A stretch of 64,000 nt of DNA from Piromyces finnis finn (GCA_002104945.1 MCFH01000052.1:62001-126000), one strand, 5' to 3'; shown: positions 22,895 through 35,955, counted from the stretch's first letter. The notes: generated from the sequence alone by a model not told the origin. Numbers and translations are program-made.

Positions 22895-23160
22895 CCACTA
22901 AAATCAGTGAGTAACCAAAACATCAATTATTATTTTATTATCCTATACTTAAAAAAGAAATTCATTTAATATTTATTATACCATGTCCATTACTTCTCCA
23001 AAATACAAAAATTAGGCTATTTTTAAACTTTTTTAATTTTATTAATTAATTAACCAAAAAAAAAAAAAATTAAATTATTTTATAAATAGGTAAAATTTAA
23101 ATAAATATTAAAATAGTTAAAAATAGCTCAACTATTTTACTTCTTCTTTTAATATAAAAG
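22895..23160 (+). promoter_or_regulatory. Conserved upstream module, copy 2
   Basis: CCACTAAAATCAGTGAGTAACCAAAA at 22895, the TTACTTCTCCAAAATA box, and TATAAAAG at 23153. It begins 431 bp before the ATG at 23326. Confidence 0.6.
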
Positions 23161-23325
23161 AAACGAAATTTTTCAATAAATTTATATAACATTGAATTTT
23201 ATTTATTCAATAATTTTAAAATATCTAATATTTTAAAAAAAACAATTATTTAGAAACCAGAAAGTTTATAAAACTACTTTATTTTATTTTATTAATTTTC
23301 TTTTTAAAGAAAAATTAAAAATAAA

Positions 23326-23940
23326 ATGAAATTTAATTCTGCTTTAATTAGTATTCTCTTTGCATTAGCTTGTAATGCAAATGAAATCCAAAATGAAATT
23401 CAAAATGATGAACAACAAAATCCTGGATTGGAACCTATCGATTATTTAAATCCAATTTTAACACCACCAGTAACTACTGAAATTTTCGAAAATCCAAAGC
23501 TAAGACCAAAACCAAAGGGTGTTTTTGGATCTATTGAAGATCCAGAAAACGAACAACCAGGCTCAAGATTAAGACCAAAACCAAAGGGTGTTTTTGGATC
23601 TATTGAAGATCCAGAAAACGAACAACCAAGCTCAAGATTAAGACCAAAACCAAAAGGTATTTTTGGATCTATTGAAGATCCAGAAAACGAACAACCAGGC
23701 TCAAGATTAAGACCAAAACCAAAAGGTATTTTTGGATCTATTGAAGATCCAGAAAACGAACAACCAGGCTCAAGATTAAGACCAAAACCAAAAGGTATTT
23801 TTGGATCTACTGAAGATCCAGAAAACGAACAACAACAAGAATCAAGACTTAAACCAAAACCAAAAAGAAGTTATAGAGGTGGAAAACCAAAACCAAAAAG
23901 AGGTTACGGAGCTGGAAAACCAAAACCAAAACCAAAATAA
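23326..23940 (+). CDS. Secreted repeat protein or peptide precursor, 204 aa, with five 23-aa RLRPKPKG(V/I)FGSIEDPENEQPGS repeats and a KPKPKR-containing tail
   Basis: Hydrophobic leader MKFNSALISILFALACNA, 69-bp coding repeats, and tail KPKPKR-SYRGG-KPKPKR-GYGAG-KPKPKPK. Confidence 0.85.
   Translation: MKFNSALISILFALACNANEIQNEIQNDEQQNPGLEPIDYLNPILTPPVTTEIFENPKLRPKPKGVFGSIEDPENEQPGSRLRPKPKGVFGSIEDPENEQPSSRLRPKPKGIFGSIEDPENEQPGSRLRPKPKGIFGSIEDPENEQPGSRLRPKPKGIFGSTEDPENEQQQESRLKPKPKRSYRGGKPKPKRGYGAGKPKPKPK
23497..23865 (+). repeat. Coding tandem repeat, 69-bp unit, five copies plus a partial
   Basis: GTTTTTGGATC recurs at 23521 and 23590, giving a 69-bp period. Confidence 0.95.
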
Positions 23941-24553
23941 AAATATATAATTATTACCGAAACAAAATTCCTTTCCTAAAATAAATGAATTGGCTTTTGT
24001 TTTTGTCTTTAACTAATATATTATCTAATAACCCTCTCTATTATTTTTTTTATATATACTTATTTTTAATTATTTATTTATACCAAAATTGTGTTATAAT
24101 AATACAATGATTTACTCAATGTATTATAATAATGTAATTTATTATTAAAATAAATAAAATAAAAATTAATATTTTACAAAATTGCGTTATGGAGTGTATT
24201 TTACTTATTAAATTTTTTTTTTAAAAAAAAAAACTTAAAATTGAGTATTTAATATATTCTCATTAGATTTAAATTTAAAATTATGATTAATTATTGTAGG
24301 TAGTAGTAGTAGTAATGTTAAATTTTATAGCAATAAAATTTAACATTAATGTTAGATAGATAGTTTATATAGGTTTATCATATTATTATAAATAATTTAA
24401 TATTTATTTTGTAAAATGTTGATGAAATCATACACAATAAATATTAAAGGATATTAAAAAATAATTTTTTTCTAATTATATAACAATTTTTTTTTTAAAA
24501 AAAAGTCTTACATTATTTTTTTATTATTATCTATCTCTATCGGCGGTAGTATG

Positions 24554-24813
24554 ACTAGAATAGTTTCAATGTTGTTTATTTTTGTTTGTTTGTTTGTTTG
24601 TTTTGTTAATTTGTCTATAATTACTTTGAAGATTTAATAAAATTACTAGAATAGTTTCAATGTTGTTCATTTTTGTTTGTTTGTTTTGTTAATTTGTCTA
24701 TATTACTTTGAAGATTTAATAAAATTACTAGAATAGTTTCAATGTTGTTTATTTTTGTTTGTTTGTTTGTTTTGTTAATTTGTCTATATTACTTTGAAGG
24801 TTTAATAAAATTA
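24554..24813. repeat. About 82-91-bp tandem repeat, three copies, overlapping the stop codon of the ankyrin gene
   Basis: ACTAGAATAGTTTCAATGTTG starts at 24554, 24645 and 24727. Unit length varies through (TTTG)n. Confidence 0.9.
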
Positions 24814-27800
24814 CTTATTCCAATTTTATCGTTTAAATCTGAAATATTATCTGTTGCTTCGGACACATTATTCATAATATTGCATAGGGTTAATTCACTA
24901 ATTTTAGATTTGATAATAGCTTCAACATCATGATGTTCAAATTTGTTCGCTAAATCCTTTGCAGTTTTCCCTTTCAAATTTTCATCTTCATTAATAGAAT
25001 TCTTTGTAGTACTTTCTAAATCAGCTCCACCATTCACTAAATCTTTAACAACATCCGTGTATCCTTTATAACTAGCCCAATGAAGTGCTGTCCATCCATA
25101 TTCATCAACGTAGTCCAAGGAAATATCATTTGAACGAATCATATTTGAAGCAACATATAAATTTTCCTTCTTTATTTCATCCAAAATGGCATTAGAGTCT
25201 GAGATAAGTTCATGGGTTTGACTATGGTGCCTTTCTAGCAAAGATAAAATAAAGGTATCCTTAGTTTTTTTAGCAAGATCAAATGGGGTATGACGATAAT
25301 TTGTTTTAATCTCCAAGTCAGGTTGATATTCTAAAAGAAGTTTAACAAAGGATGGAGAGCGAAAATTGACAGCCATATGAATGGGAGTCCAACCTAAACT
25401 ATTGGTTGCATTAATATTGGCTTTATTATCTAATAAAATTTGAGCAATTTTCCTATTATTATTACTACAGGCTAGGTGTAAGGCATTTTGATGCTTATTA
25501 TTCGTACTTTCTAGCTTGGCTTGATGCTCTACTAAAATACGAACAATATCATCTTGTCCATTTTCACTAGCTATTAAAAGTGGAGTATTTCCACAATGAT
25601 TTTTAAACTCAATATTAGCACCATAATGAATCAAGAGTTGTACAAAATGAATATGACCGTATTCACAAGCTATATGGAGTGGGGTATTACCATCAGCATC
25701 CTCAGTGTCAATATCAATGGTATTTAGTTTAAGAAGAGCATTTGCCAAAGAATATAAATTGTTACGAGCAATGTAGTGTAATAGGGTGGAATCTTGAGCA
25801 CTACGTGCATTAATATCAATTTTCCCAATATTTAATAATAATTTTATTAAACGTAAATCATTATTTTTCACAGCAATTCGTAATAGCCCGTATTCCAAAT
25901 ACGGATTACTATCCTTATCAATCTCCTGTTTAAATAAAAGATTTACAATATGATAGGCATTTGAATAGCATGCTATTTCCAAAGCTGTTAAACCATTTTG
26001 ATTGATTGTATTGACCTTTGCACCTTCCTTTAAAAGAAATTGAACAATTTCTGTATTACAATTACGACAAGCAAAATATAATGGGGTGAAACCATTACTC
26101 TTAATATTTACATCAAAACCTTGTTCTATCAAAAACATCAATACCTCTAATTGATTGTAGTAGGCAGCAATATGAAGAAGTGACCAATGATCCTCTGTGC
26201 TTTTAAAAATATCTTCATCCCCACTATGAACGAATTGTTCTACCATTGCCATATCACCATATTTAACAGCCGTTTGAAAATCAGTCCAATGATCCTGTTG
26301 ACCTCGATCAAAATCATAATTAAAGTTGCGGCTATCGGACATGGCCTTTTTAGTTAACTTTTTGATTTCACGAAATTCTTTTCTTTTAGCAAGGCTATAG
26401 GCAGTGTCACCATTTTCATCTATTGCATGGACATTAACACCTTCTTTTATTAAAAGTTCAACAACCGGTAAGTAACCATATTCACTTGCATACATAAGTG
26501 CCGTTTTACCAGTTTTGTCACTTGCTTCTATATCAGCACCATGCTTTATTAAATAATTTACAATGTTAGTGTAGCCATTTTGGCAAGCAATGATTAAAGC
26601 TGTCATATCTTTTTCACTTTTAAAATGAAGATTGGCACCCTCTTGAATCAAATATTTAATAATCATTTCATTACCCGTCACACAAGAGAGCATTAAAGCA
26701 GACCATCCTTTTTTATTGAGGATATCTATGTCAGCATCATGCTCTACTAAATATTCAATAACTAAATTAATATTTTTACTACAAGCATACATTAATGCCG
26801 TCCAACCATTACTATCCTTTAGATTTGGATTAGCCTTATGTTGAATTAAATATCGTATGATATCAAATTGATTGTGTTCTGTGGCATACATTAAAGCCGT
26901 ACGACCTAAATTATCTTGTACATCTACATTCATATCATGATAGATTAAAAGTTCAATGATAGGCATATACCCGTTCACACAAGAATCCATAAAAATATTA
27001 TAATTGTTGGTTGGACCGTTTTTAATTCCTTCCTTAATTAAATAGTCGAAAAATGAAATACGATCATTTTTAATAATGGTATTAAAATTAGACCAATCGT
27101 TATTCTCCTTATTACTGGAGGCTAGATGGTTAATAATTAAATTTGTAATTTCCTGACTTGTTTCTAAAAAAACATTTTGATGTTTGGTATTAATTAAATT
27201 AAATTCGGCCTTTTGATTGATTAAATATTCTACCACACCATAGTGTTGATATTTTATAGCAAACATTAATGGAGTATAGCCACTCACGGTAGTAACATTA
27301 ATATCTGCCTGGTGTTCCACTAAATATTGAACCATGTCAAGATTTCCATTTTGGCTTGCAAGAACTAACGGGGTGATACCATTTTTATCTTTTACATTGA
27401 TATCAGCACCACATTCAATGAATAATTTAACAATATTAAGATGATTGGATGTTGTGGCAATATGCAATGCCGTACTACCTTCACAATTCTTAATATTAAT
27501 ATTTGCTTTCTTTGCAATAATTAAATTAGCAATGACTTCATTATCCGTTTCGGAAGCGTACATTAAAGCACTACATAAATTATTGTCAAGACTATTAACA
27601 TCTGCCCCTTTAGAAATGAGATATCTTACTATAGTTTCATGGCCTTCATGGGAAGCACACATTAAAGGGGTACGTTTTTCTAAATCTCTGTAATTCACGT
27701 CCATTTGGCATTGACCAACTAAATATTTTACGATATCAACACGGCCAGAATATGCCGCCAACATCACTGCATTTTGACCTTCACTATTGGTATCAAAAAT

Positions 27801-28241
27801 ATTTACTGAATGAGACAACAGAAAAGAAACGATATCAGATGTATGATTACATTTACAAGCGTATAAATATGCGGTATAACCCTTTTTATCACGAATTTTG
27901 ATATCGGCACCTTGATGAAATAAATACTTTACAATATCCAAATGACAATACTCACATGCAAACATAAATGCTGTTTTATTATATTCGTTTTTATAATTAA
28001 TATTTGCCTTTTTCGAAACTAAATATTCCACAATATGAAGATGACCATGTTGACATGCCAACATTAAAACGGTATTCCCCTCGTCATCCATAACATCAAC
28101 ATCAATTCCTCTTTCTATTAAAAATTTAATAATTTTTATTCGACCAACTTTACAAGCATTAAATATATTTTCATTGAAGTTTACAGAGTTTAAACTACTT
28201 ATACTACTTTTTGAAGAATTTCTCTTTTTATAGGCAATCAT
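24789..28241 (-). CDS. Ankyrin-repeat protein, 1150 aa, roughly 25-30 ANK repeats, intronless
   Basis: Repeated G.TAL..A...G...IV..L...GAD motifs, e.g. GNTVLMLACQHGHLHIVEYL, GSTALHIATTSNHLNIVKLF, GNTPLHIACEYGHIHFVQLL, GWTALHWASYKGYTDVVKDL. Confidence 0.95.
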   Translation of the reverse strand: MIAYKKRNSSKSSISSLNSVNFNENIFNACKVGRIKIIKFLIERGIDVDVMDDEGNTVLMLACQHGHLHIVEYLVSKKANINYKNEYNKTAFMFACEYCHLDIVKYLFHQGADIKIRDKKGYTAYLYACKCNHTSDIVSFLLSHSVNIFDTNSEGQNAVMLAAYSGRVDIVKYLVGQCQMDVNYRDLEKRTPLMCASHEGHETIVRYLISKGADVNSLDNNLCSALMYASETDNEVIANLIIAKKANINIKNCEGSTALHIATTSNHLNIVKLFIECGADINVKDKNGITPLVLASQNGNLDMVQYLVEHQADINVTTVSGYTPLMFAIKYQHYGVVEYLINQKAEFNLINTKHQNVFLETSQEITNLIINHLASSNKENNDWSNFNTIIKNDRISFFDYLIKEGIKNGPTNNYNIFMDSCVNGYMPIIELLIYHDMNVDVQDNLGRTALMYATEHNQFDIIRYLIQHKANPNLKDSNGWTALMYACSKNINLVIEYLVEHDADIDILNKKGWSALMLSCVTGNEMIIKYLIQEGANLHFKSEKDMTALIIACQNGYTNIVNYLIKHGADIEASDKTGKTALMYASEYGYLPVVELLIKEGVNVHAIDENGDTAYSLAKRKEFREIKKLTKKAMSDSRNFNYDFDRGQQDHWTDFQTAVKYGDMAMVEQFVHSGDEDIFKSTEDHWSLLHIAAYYNQLEVLMFLIEQGFDVNIKSNGFTPLYFACRNCNTEIVQFLLKEGAKVNTINQNGLTALEIACYSNAYHIVNLLFKQEIDKDSNPYLEYGLLRIAVKNNDLRLIKLLLNIGKIDINARSAQDSTLLHYIARNNLYSLANALLKLNTIDIDTEDADGNTPLHIACEYGHIHFVQLLIHYGANIEFKNHCGNTPLLIASENGQDDIVRILVEHQAKLESTNNKHQNALHLACSNNNRKIAQILLDNKANINATNSLGWTPIHMAVNFRSPSFVKLLLEYQPDLEIKTNYRHTPFDLAKKTKDTFILSLLERHHSQTHELISDSNAILDEIKKENLYVASNMIRSNDISLDYVDEYGWTALHWASYKGYTDVVKDLVNGGADLESTTKNSINEDENLKGKTAKDLANKFEHHDVEAIIKSKISELTLCNIMNNVSEATDNISDLNDKIGISNFIKPSK

Positions 28242-31200
28242 GGTGAATAACTCTAAAATGTAAATGATTGAAATTACAATTTATTAAAAAAAAAAAAATA
28301 TTAAATTGGATAGGATAATATAAATGGTTTATTTACAAAATTGAAAAAGATTGTATAAAATAAGGTTCTGTTCCTTTTTTTCAATAATCTTTTATTAAGG
28401 ATTTATCGTTATTTTTGAAAATGGATGTATGAATAATTATGAAATCTAATATTGTTTTTTGAAATATTTAATGGTTGTTGTTGTTTTCTTTTTGTCTTTC
28501 TTTCGTTTACCAAGAAATTAAGTGTTAATTTGAAATAATGAATTTGAAAAAATTAAAAGTATATATATAATAGTTTTTTTTTTTCTTCTTTCTATGAATT
28601 TACATATAGATACATGCATACAGGAATAGACAGGAATAGTTGTTGTTGTTACAATTTATATAAAAATATTTTCTTTTTTTTTTTTAGATTTCAAAATACC
28701 TATTAATTCTCTATATTTTTAATTTAATCTTTTTTTTTTCATTTGAATATGGAATAAAAAAAGGTAAGCTTTTCAATACACCACTTTATCAGTAATATAT
28801 TTTAATATTTGTTAATACAAAATTAACACTTTTTATATAGAAAACAACTTGATAATGAACTTTTTTTTTTTTTTAAAGAGTTTTTTTTAGTAGATTCAAT
28901 TGAATTGAATTATTTTATATAATATCAATATATTAATATAAAAAGATCATATATATTATTAATTGACTGTTTATATATTATCAATGGTTAAAAAATGACT
29001 TTTCATATTTCATGGGCAGTAGCTATGAAAAGTCACTTTATAAAAAAAAAGGTATAATTATTATTTTTAAAGAGGTTTATTTCTTTATAAAAAATAAAAA
29101 AAAAAAGGTATATTACTATGAAATAAAAAGATAAACTAGATAATAATAAAATTGTTGTTATTATCCAGGGAGGAAACACTTTGTTATTATTACACTATGG
29201 ATTACAAAAACAATCAATAACAAATAATAAATAATTTTTATTAAAAAGTTCCTTTAATTATTTATATATACATTAACATTATGACTGCACTATTCTCTTT
29301 AAAAAGGAAACTTGGAATACACTTTGGAATTTCTATCTACCTTTATTTTACAAAATTTAAAAGATTAAACCGAATCATTTCAGTTATAAACTTTTCTATT
29401 GTTAAAAATATTTTCAGTCACTATTTTTTTTCTGAGGTATCTAAACCTTACAAAATGTATAGATCTCTTTAAAGTACTTTCATTCCAGACAGCAAGTGTT
29501 TTTAAAGTTAAAAAGTTTTTAAAAAGTTTTCATTGTAAAAAAAATTGTTTTATATATAGTTTTGTGTAACATTAAACTTTATTATTTATATATTTAAAAG
29601 AAAATCCTAATCCTTTAAATTTCCAATAAACTATTTCTTTTTTACTTTTTTATGAAGTAAACTTTAGGTGTATAGTATAGGTAGCCACTAATTATGAAAC
29701 TAATTGTTAATAACTTTATAATTAGTGATCTATATACATAAAAGAATAATTCAAGTATATAATAATGTACTTTATTTAAATAGTAGTATCTATTGTATCT
29801 CTCTATATCATTCTCTCTATATCATAATATTCAACATTATAGCTAACAACAATATTTGATGAGTCGAATGGCTGATTAAATATTGAATAATAGTAAAAGA
29901 ATAAAACTCTCATATGATATAGCAATATAACTTGTCAATTTTTCTTGCTTATTTATTATAAAAAATTTATATTTTCTTACTTGTGTAATAACAACTGTTA
30001 TATTTAATTGTTATTCATTTTATGAATATTAATGTGTAGTTTTTTATTTTTTCCAGAAAATATGAAATGAATTTATCTATTGCATTATCTATTGTTCCAT
30101 CACTATTTCATTTTATATTCAAAAAAAAAAAAAAAAATATGAAAAAAGTCAAATATATTGTATTATCAATTTCTTTATTTTATATTTAACAGGATAGGTT
30201 TCAATTACAAAGTACATAAATTTAATTTTATGATTTATTCAACATTTAATGTATACAAATGTATACAAATGTATACAAATGTAATGGATAATTATACATT
30301 TAAAATTTTCAATTATCAACAGATAAAAGAATGTTATTAAATATTGTATATAAAATGCAAAGCAATAGAATAAATTGTAGAAGTAAAAGTTATTTATTAC
30401 TATTGAAATAGAAAAAGATCCATTTCATATTTTTATTAGAAATAGTCATAATAAAATTATATAGTAAATAGTAAATATTATTACTATAAAATAATTTGGT
30501 TTATAACCCAAATTATTATTCATTAATACACTATCAATTATGAATAAAATTTTTATATTCTATAAATAAAAGACATATATATAAAAAAAAAGAATTCCAA
30601 AAATCGGTAATATATTTAAAAAAAAGTTTAACTATTTCAATAATGTTCGTAATAATTTTTTTTATAAAACTATTATAACTTTATTAATATTCAAATGTCA
30701 TAATACAACTTATCAACTGTCTATTTCATTATTTTTTAAATAGAAATGCAATTAAAAATAGATTTAATATTGTTAAGAAGAACACGAAGAAAAATAATAA
30801 TTATTTAATTAAATTTTTTTATTATATTGAAAAATGGTTAATGTTAATCTTAATAAATATTTAAATATATTATATTAGCTAATATTAATTCTTAATAATA
30901 TACACCTTTTTTTTTTAATTAGTTTTTTTTTTATTAAAGATCATTAGAGTATAATTAATTTTTATATTTATCTTCATTTTTCTGTATTATATAAAAGTAC
31001 GCTTTTTTTTTTTTTTTTATATAGTTTTTATTATCTGATTTGGTATAACAAGTTATAAATGTTTTTTTTTTTTTAGATAAAAAAAATTGTTCGCATTATC
31101 ATCAAATTCATTTGAAAAAATAAATACAATATTCTTCACCTGTCAAAATAATATTACTCTACCACTCTAAGGAATTCTTGGTTATTTTATTAATATTTTT

Positions 31201-34200
31201 ACCTAATGACATCATATTCTAAAAATACAATCTTTTTACCTCTTTCTTTCACCTCTTTTCCACTTTTTATTAAAAAAAATATTCATTTAATTAATCTTTC
31301 CTTTTATAGTTAAATTAATATAACTATTTTTAATTTATCCTTTTATAGAATTAATTATTATTATTGTGAAATTTTTTTATTTAAATTATTAGAATTAAAC
31401 TTTTCTCAGTTTAATTAAAATGACACTTGATCATTGCTTAATTTGTATATATTGTGGCTTGCGACTCATTGAATTAATTTATGAATTGTAAAAAAAAAAA
31501 AAAAAAAAACAAATTTTTATCTCTATTAATTTAATTAATAAAAAAATTGTTTTTTTTTTTTTTTGTTCATTATTTGTTTGTTTGTTTTTTTTCAAGTGTA
31601 GTATTGTAAATGGTGAAGGATTACTCATTTAAACTTTTTTTTTATTTCAATTTCAATTTATCATAATAAGATTGGTGATGTAATTGATGATGATGATGCA
31701 ATTGATGAACAAAACTATTCATGATTAATAGAATTCGGTAATAATGAATACCAAAGTAGGAATGAATAGATCAAATTTAAAGAAAAAAGTGTGGATTTTA
31801 AAAATATAATTTTCATCGCATTTCTTATACAAATGAATTGTAAAGGTGACTTACTTCTAATAAAAAACTGCTCTTTTTTTAAAGTGATCATGTGATAAAT
31901 TGTTGTCATTTTAATTCTTTTGCATTTCAAGCCATAATAATGAAAAAGGAGAATTTATAATACATTATATTGTAATGTATATAATAATATAAATAAACTT
32001 TTATGTATCATTTAAATAAACAAAATTTTAAATGTAATTAACATCTAGTATGGTAAAAGAGAGTAATTAACATCTCGTATAAAAGTCATGGAGGTATGAT
32101 GGTAAAAGAGAAAATGATATAACAAAATGAAGAAAACTAGAGTGTTTTGTTACTTTATGGCATGGATGTTCTATTAATCTTTTTTTTTTTTTAATTATTT
32201 TTATTTTACTATTAAATATTAAATTCTTTTAATTAATAAGTGTTAAAAAATAAACTATATATTATCAAGTTTTTTTTTTTTTTTTTTTTTTTTTTTTGAA
32301 TAATATGACTTTAACAATAGTTTATATCACGAACAACCATTTTAAATACAAAATTAATTTTTAACTTTAATTTTTGTAAAAAAAAAAAAAAAAAAAAAAG
32401 AATAAATGGTGCTAAAAATCATTTGTGGGGTGTGTGGTACTATTATAATGAGTAGTGTTAAGTACTTTTAATAATATTTTTTTTTTATTCAATAGTAAAA
32501 AAAAAAAACATTTAAAGTTTTGATATTCTATTAACTTCTTTAATTAAAGTTTAGATTTTTTTTAAAAAAAAAAAGATACAACTTAACTCTAAAAATATTT
32601 ATATATTATATAAATATAAAATAAACTTTAGTGTAATATCCTTTTATCGCATTGAATTATGCATTAACACTTCATAAATTCCAAGTCATCCTCCAATAAT
32701 AATAACTATATTTTTCAATGACAATAATAAAATCTTAAAATTATGATAATTCTTCATATTTTAATAATTTAAAAATTTACCCTCTTAATTCGAATGAACA
32801 TCACCAAATTTTATATGTCAATTATAATAAATTTATAATAAATTCTAGCTATTTAAATGTATAATTTTACAAATTAAGTGAAATTATTATCATAATTTAT
32901 AAGTCACTCTATTATAACTATTTTTTTTTTTTTTTTTACCTTTTCTATTTTACAATTTTATTTTTATTTTATATCTTTTTAAAAAATATATAGAAAGTAG
33001 TATTAAAAGTTTTTATTATTTTTACTTTTATTATTATTAGTTATTTTTATTTTTTTTATCTTTTTTTTTTTTCTTATATTTTATAATTTAAATTTATTAG
33101 TATTTTATTTTATTACCATTTAATATTATTATACCTTTTAAAAAAAAAAAGAAAACAGGGAAAGATCTCTATCAAATCCATAAATAAAGTAATGATAAAA
33201 AAGAAACAACTTTAAATTTTTTTTTTTAAAATAATAATGAAATAATGAAATTTAAATGTAGAATATCATCACTATCATAACTATATAGTAAAAGTTGATC
33301 TATTATAAAGGATAGGGATTTAACACTATTAGGATATAGCACAATCAAAATAATAGAATAGAAATAAATCAACAACAACAACAACAACAACTACTACTAC
33401 TACTACTATTAATAATACTATTAATTTTAATAATTAATACATTTATTTTTTCATTTATTCATTCATACACTGAAAATTAATTTTTTTTGTTTATTTAAAA
33501 AAAAAAAAGATAGTATTCTCGACCCATGTCATATATAATTAATTAAAAATTAAATTACACCAATGAATATATATATATATATATATTTATTTTTTTTGAC
33601 AATAAATCAAAACAATAATTAATAAATTTTAATAAACACATTAATACTATTATTCTTTATTAATTAAATATACAATATACAATTAGAATAGTAAAGATGA
33701 TACGTTTATTACATAAATAAAAATAGAAAATAATAATAATAATAATAATACATAATAGTAAAAGAATAATTATACCATTTAAAGAAATATTTAAAAAAGA
33801 AAACCATCATATTCTATTAAATTAATAGTTAAGACAATAATGGACAACCGTTCTATTATCCTTATTTAAAATAAAATAAAATAAAAAAATTAATGTATAA
33901 TTTTAATACAAAGTTAATATCGAAAGGATAAAAAAAAAAAAAAAAACTAATAATTAAACTTGAAAAGTTTAAAAAATATTCTTCTTCTTTACTCTCTTCC
34001 AGTATTAATAATAATTATCAAAAAAAAGTAGAATTCTACTTTTTTTTTTTTCATCATCATCATCATCATCATTCTAATCCTACATTTTTAATAATACCAT
34101 TCAATAATTAATAATTAACTAAAAAAGCTTAATTTAACTGATCCATTTTACAATGAAATTTAATGAAATTAGTTTAAAACTTTATTTACTCGATATTTAA

Positions 34201-35955
34201 AAAATAGAATTAATATTATTATTGTTACATTTAATGTTAATTATATTATAAAAAAAATAGATTAAGAAATAGATGAATAATAGTGATATAATAACTTTTA
34301 TTTTTTTTATATTTATAGTATTAAATGAATAATCGAAAATTTTAATTAACTTTTTTTATATTTCTTTTCAAAAACCCATAAATCTATCAGTTATTAAGTA
34401 GGTGTTAAGGGTTTAACGTTAAATAAAAGCATTCACTTCTAACTACAAAAAGGTAATAATTCATAATTTATTATACATCCGATAAATCATCCTAAATAAG
34501 TAGTGAATAGAATAGTAATAATTAAGCTCTTTTACTCATTCCATACCAACATCAATACCAGTTAAGACAATACACACCACCACTTACAACATGCCTATAT
34601 CATCACTACATTATAAAAGTGAACTTTTCAAAAAAAAATCTTACAAGTGAAAATTTTTAATTAATTAAAATGAATGAATTAAAAATAATACATTTAATAT
34701 ATTAATGCAATATATTAGAATATATTACAATAATAATTTTAATTCATATTTTTTAATTTATTTATTTTTAATATGATTTAAATTGAAATTGAAAAATCAT
34801 TTCATTTAATTAATATATATTACAGTCTATTATTAATATATGTAATAATTCAATTGAATTAAACAAATTAATATAAATTTAGCTTAATTAATTTATTAAT
34901 TTTAGTATTATGAAGAATTTTGAAATGACATCCATAAAATAGAGTATATTACAATATATGTGTGATAATACATTTTAATATATTATATTTAATATATTAT
35001 TTAATTTTTAATTTCATAAAAAAAAGAAAAGAGAAAAAAAAATTTTTTTATTTTTATTTTATCCTTTACAAATATTTCTTTTTTTTCCAACGATAACAAC
35101 AACCACCGCAATTGCAACTGCAACCACAACCCAACCAATAAAACAGTAAAAAAAAAAAAAAAAGCAGCAACCACAAAAAAAGCATTGTTATAACAACGCA
35201 AATCATTAAATAATAAAAAAAAAGACATTGTTATGTTTTTTTATTGAATATAAAATAAATTTAAAATATTTATTTGTATATCAAAAAAGAAATAGAAAAT
35301 TTCAAAGTTAAAAACGTATCATATTTTTATTATCTATTTATTATATAGAACTAAAGTAATTTAAAGTAAAGCTTCCCCCCAAAAAAAAAGAGAGAAAAAA
35401 AAGAAGATTTATCATAAAAATAAAAAAAAAGTAAGGTTCAAAAATACAACTTTTTTTTTTTTTGTTCTTATCTCTATTACAAAAAAACAAAACAAAACAA
35501 ACCTATTCTTGTTGATGATGAAAATGTCTTTGCAATGATGATAGAGATGTAAAAAGAAAAAAAAAAAAGACACTTTAATAAACAATAGAATCAATATAAT
35601 AAAATGGAAAAAGAAAAAAATTAAAAAAAAAATAGAATATAAAATATAAAATGGAAATGAAAAAAGTTTAAATTTTAAATATCAAAAGTTATAGTAAAAA
35701 AAAAACAAACACCTAGGAAAACATGGGTTATTTTAATAAAAATGAAGATTTTATAAATATTAAAGTAGTTGGAATTTTTATGGGAAGAAAAAAGTTTTTA
35801 ATGATAGTTTTATATTTTGTCATGACTGGTTTTTATTTTATAGATAAATTTATATATAAAATATTAACTCTTTTTTTTTTTTAATATTATTAATATAAAT
35901 TGGAAAAACAGAATTCTTACAAGTTTGGAGCAATCCAATAGAATAAAAGCTCTCA

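Larger units (their letters stand above)
21469..23045 (+). repeat. Segmental duplication, copy A (about 1.5 kb; copy B at 47380-48945)
   Basis: Near-identical sequence at an offset of about 25.9 kb, including an identical 180-nt CDS. Differences are at the ends and in (ATATT)n copy number. Confidence 0.93.

Noticed and set aside
23497-23865. CRISPR-like appearance of the 69-bp, 62-bp and 124-bp repeats
   Set aside because: They are head-to-tail repeats without unique spacers, there are no cas genes, and the context is eukaryotic.
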